DNA of 37,249 nucleotides, taken from contig NW_021835436.1 of NCBI RefSeq assembly GCF_006345805.1, forward strand, positions 1 to 37,249, read 5' to 3'. A model generated the notes under the pieces. The model was not told the origin of the DNA, ran no database searches, and worked only from the letters and a program-made list of their open reading frames with translations. This document shows positions 33,558 to 37,249 of the stretch, in pieces; position 1 is the first letter of the stretch, and the number at the start of each line of letters is the position of its first letter. The stretch comes from Octopus sinensis. Its lineage: Eukaryota. The translations under genes and the position numbers were made by a program.

Positions 33558-33899
33558 AATCTATCCACTATAGTATACATATTTCTGTACAATGGTAGCT
33601 CCAGAATTCATGATCTGTATCTCTTGTGATATGTTGGCCGATATCTTTGCTAATACCAGGAGGATTTCCTACTCTGGCTTGTTGAATTAATGGATAATCG
33701 GAACACTCTAAGTACTGATTCGATATCTAGCTTCCAATAATACACACACACATACAAAAACACAAACATACACACAAGTATACACACATACTGTATATAT
33801 ATATATATATACAGATATAGCATATGCACACATGGGGACATTCACACATGCATATATTCGAAAATATAAATGAATATTTATGCACAAATATCATACATG

Positions 33900-34690
33900 C
33901 ATATCATAAATATGTATGTATGTATGTATGTATGTATGTGTATGTATGAGTATGTATGTATGTATGTATGTGTATATGTATGTATGTATGTATGTATGTA
34001 TCTATGTATGTATGTATGCATGTATGTATGTATGTATTGTATGTATATGTATATGTATGTTGTATGTATGTATGATGTATGTATGCGTATGTATGCATGC
34101 ATGTTGTATGTATGCTATATGTATGTATGTATGTGATGTATGTATGTATGTATGTATGTAGGTATGCGGTATGTATGTATGTATATGTATGTATTAGTAT
34201 GTATGTATCTATGTGTATGTATGTATGCATGTATGTATGTATGTATGATATGTTGTATGTATATGTATGTATGTATGTATGTATGAATGTATGATGTTAG
34301 TTGCATGTATGTATGATGCATGTATGTATGTATGCATGATGTATGTATGTATGTATGTATTGTATGTGTATGTATGTATGCATGTAGTGTATGTATGTGT
34401 ATGTACTGATGTATGTATGTATGTATGTATGTATGTAGCATGTATGTATGTATGTATGTGTAGTATGTATGTATGGATGCATGTATGTATGTATGATGTA
34501 TGTATGCATGTATGTATGCATGCATGTATGTATGTATGCATGTATGTATGTATGTATGTATGTATGCATGCATGTATGTATGCATGTATGCATGTATGTA
34601 TGTATGTAGTATGTATGTATATATATGTATGTATGTATGTATGTATATATATGTATGTATGTATGCATGTATGTATGTATATATTATATA

Positions 34691-34746
<56 letters not shown>

Positions 34747-34997
34747 ATATAGTGTATATTTGTGAGTACATATGGGTATGTATCTGTATGTATATGTGCA
34801 TATGTACGTGTATATATGTGTAGATTTATCCTTGCTTGTATTTCTCTGCTGGTGTATATGAGTACAGTATATGTGCATGTGTATACACGTTTGTCTATAG
34901 ATGCACTATATATATATATGTATGAAAGTATGTGCGTATATATATGTTTGTGTGACTGTGTATTTACATGTATGTATATATGTACATATATATTTAC

Positions 34998-35032
<35 letters not shown>

Positions 35033-35090
35033 TGTATATATATATATATGCGTATATATATATATTATATATATATATACATGTGTAAAT
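33900..35090. repeat. (TATG)n / (TA)n array
   Basis: Direct inspection. Confidence 0.96.
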
Positions 35091-35349
35091 GTGTCCTTTG
35101 AGTACTTATCAATGTTTGGTCAAACAAACGCTCACCTTCTCTCGCCCTCCCTTACAATCACTCCTGCCCTCTTCCTCTTCTTCCTCCCATCCAACATCAA
35201 TTTCATCACCTAATTTCCTGTCACATGGCTACCTCATAGGAGCGTGCGGTGTCGGTGGCACTGATGTCGGCTAAATTAGTTTACAAACTAATTTCCTTCG
35301 AATGCGAAGTCTATGATTGATTGGTTATTCAATATTGTGTTTGTACATG

Positions 35350-35356
35350 TGCTTAT

Positions 35357-35398
<42 letters not shown>

Positions 35399-35795
35399 TA
35401 TATATACACATACACATGCATATGTATATGTTTATGTATGTATATCATATGTGTGTGTATGCCTACCAAATTAGCATATGTAATATGCACATACATTTAT
35501 GTATATATATATATGATGTATATGTATGCATCTAAATATATACGTATATATGTATGTGTATATATAATATATATATATATATACATACACATGCATATGT
35601 ATATGTTTATGTATGTATATATATGTGTGTGTATGCCTACAAATTAGGTATATGTATATATGCATATACATTTATGTATATATATATATATATATATGCA
35701 TGTATATGTATAAATATAAATATACATATATATGTATATATGTATGTGTGTATATATATAATATATAATATATATATATCCATACATATATATGC

Positions 35796-35836
<41 letters not shown>

Positions 35837-36020
35837 CAAGTATATACATGTTTGTATATATTCATATATGTATGTAGACATATATAGGTTAAAATATTGA
35901 GCAAACGCAACCAAATGCATACAAATGAGTTTGAGCCATCGTGACGAAAACTCCTCATGTATAAAGTATTATATATATATATATATGTATGTTTGTATGT
36001 ATGTATGTATGTATGTATAT
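35350..36020. repeat. (TA)n-rich tract with a ~110-bp duplicated block
   Basis: CACATGCATATGTATATGTTTATGTATG...TATGCCTAC(C)AAATTAG at ~35410 and ~35587. Confidence 0.92.
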
Positions 36021-36044
36021 ATATTTTCTTTAATTTGTGTCAAT

Positions 36045-36240
36045 CATCTTGACTTTGGCCATGTTGGAGAACCGCATTTAGTCAAAGAAATCGACCCCAG
36101 GACTTATTCTTTGTAAGCCTAGTACTTATTCTATCGATTTCTTTTTTTGAACCGCTAAGTCATGGGGATGTAAACACAAGTGATGGTGGTGATAGTGGTG
36201 GGGGGCACAAACACAAATGCCCAAACATATACACTATATA
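36045..36240 (-). mobile_element. SINE family 1, degenerate 3' half
   Basis: ATCGACCCCAGGACTTATTCTTTGTAAGCCTAGTACTTATTCTATCG block. Confidence 0.85.
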
Positions 36241-36470
36241 TCATCATCATCATCATCATCATCATCATTTAACATTCGTTGTCCATGCTGGCAGGAGTTG
36301 GACGGTTTGACCAAGGCAGGTAAGCTGGAAGCCTGCACTAGATCCCAGTCTGATTTGGCATGGTTTTTTTTATGACTGGATGCCCTTCCTAATGCCAACC
36401 ACTCTGAGAGTGTAATGGGTGCTTTTACGTGTCACTGGCACAGGTGCAATTCACGTGACACCAGTATCTG
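36241..36470 (-). mobile_element. RTE-like 3' end with (GAT)n tail
   Basis: (TCA)9 then TTTAACATTCGTTGTCCATGCTGG...GGATGCCCTTCCTAATGCCAACCACTC. Short tandem-repeat tails are typical of RTE-clade elements; the class assignment is inferred. Confidence 0.65.
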
Positions 36471-36514
36471 CTTGACAATATATACATAAATATATATATA
36501 TATATATATATACA

Positions 36515-36865
36515 TACAACAGGCTTCTTTCAGTTTCCATCTACCAACAACTCACAAGGCTTTGGTCGGCCTGAAGCTATAGTAGGAGACAGTTGCCCAA
36601 GGTGCCACGCAGTGGGACTGAACCCGGAACCATGTGGTTGGTAAGCAAGCTACTTACCACACAGCCACTCCTATTGCTATAATTATATATATAATATATA
36701 TACGATGGGCTTCTTTCAGTTTCCGTCTACCAAATCCACTCACAAGGCTTTGGGTAAGTCCGAGGCTATAGTAGAAGACACTTGCCAAGGTGCCATGCAG
36801 TGGGACTGAACCCGGAACCATGTGGTTGGTAAGCAAGCTACTTACCACACAGCCACTCCTTCGCC
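36515..36865 (-). mobile_element. SINE family 1: two tandem 5' halves
   Basis: Heads end at ~36672 and 36865. Confidence 0.92.
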
Positions 36866-36991
36866 CTTTGTAAAACTGGAGGAGTGTTCTGTAAGGAACT
36901 AATTGAAGAGAGAGGAAGAATGGTCAGGGTAGACCTAGAAACAGATAAGCATAATGGAGGTGACGTATCAGGGTGGGGCTCTAAGATATAA

Positions 36992-37186
36992 GGTGAGTAG
37001 AAGTGAATGCTGGGGACATTGTGGACATAGGGAACAGGAGATGTTGGGGGTGCAAGCTCACCCTTTAAAATTCTTTGCGGGACAAAATTGGAGGATACTT
37101 GGTGAGTAGAAGTGATTGGAAGGGGCGACATTGTGGGCATAGGCTCGGGAACAGGAGATGCAGGGGGTGCAAGCTCACCCTTTAAA
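36992..37186. repeat. Diverged ~80-bp tandem duplication within a Pro/Ser/Thr-rich minus-strand ORF
   Basis: Copies at 36992-37069 and 37101-37186; the minus strand reads LKGELAPP(A/T)SPVP twice. Confidence 0.8.
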
Positions 37187-37249
37187 TTTGAAGGGGCCAC
37201 ATATCCATGAAGTACTCGGCCACTTGCGTGTTAGCTTCAAGTACAGGTA

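Noticed and set aside
33870-36116. Many MYVC/HTYI ORFs
   Set aside because: (TATG)n and (TA)n translations.

Overview
Repeat-saturated, AT-rich eukaryotic DNA with no recognisable intact protein-coding gene. The tRNA-derived SINE families and the very high microsatellite load point to an octopus or other coleoid cephalopod, in an intergenic region or large intron; this is inference, not a database match. Nearly all long ORFs in the supplied track are translations of micro- or minisatellites. Supported content: (i) about 17 loci of one ~410-bp bipartite tRNA-head SINE, many as head-multimers (A-A-B, A-A-A-B); (ii) two other tRNA-head SINE families, two copies with clean target-site duplications; (iii) two hAT-type MITEs nested with SINEs in opposite orders; (iv) RTE-clade LINE relics; (v) two Penelope-like terminal fragments with minimal type I hammerhead-ribozyme folds that share a CCGA core, one nearly intact at the tip of a ~30-bp stem; (vi) a CpG-rich island with a duplicated NRF1+ETS module that looks like a promoter; (vii) an 80-bp higher-order minisatellite and a 78-bp triplet-derived minisatellite; (viii) a few unidentified candidate exons, all low confidence. 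Repeat-boundary coordinates are approximate (a few to ~20 bp) unless a TSD or TIR is quoted.
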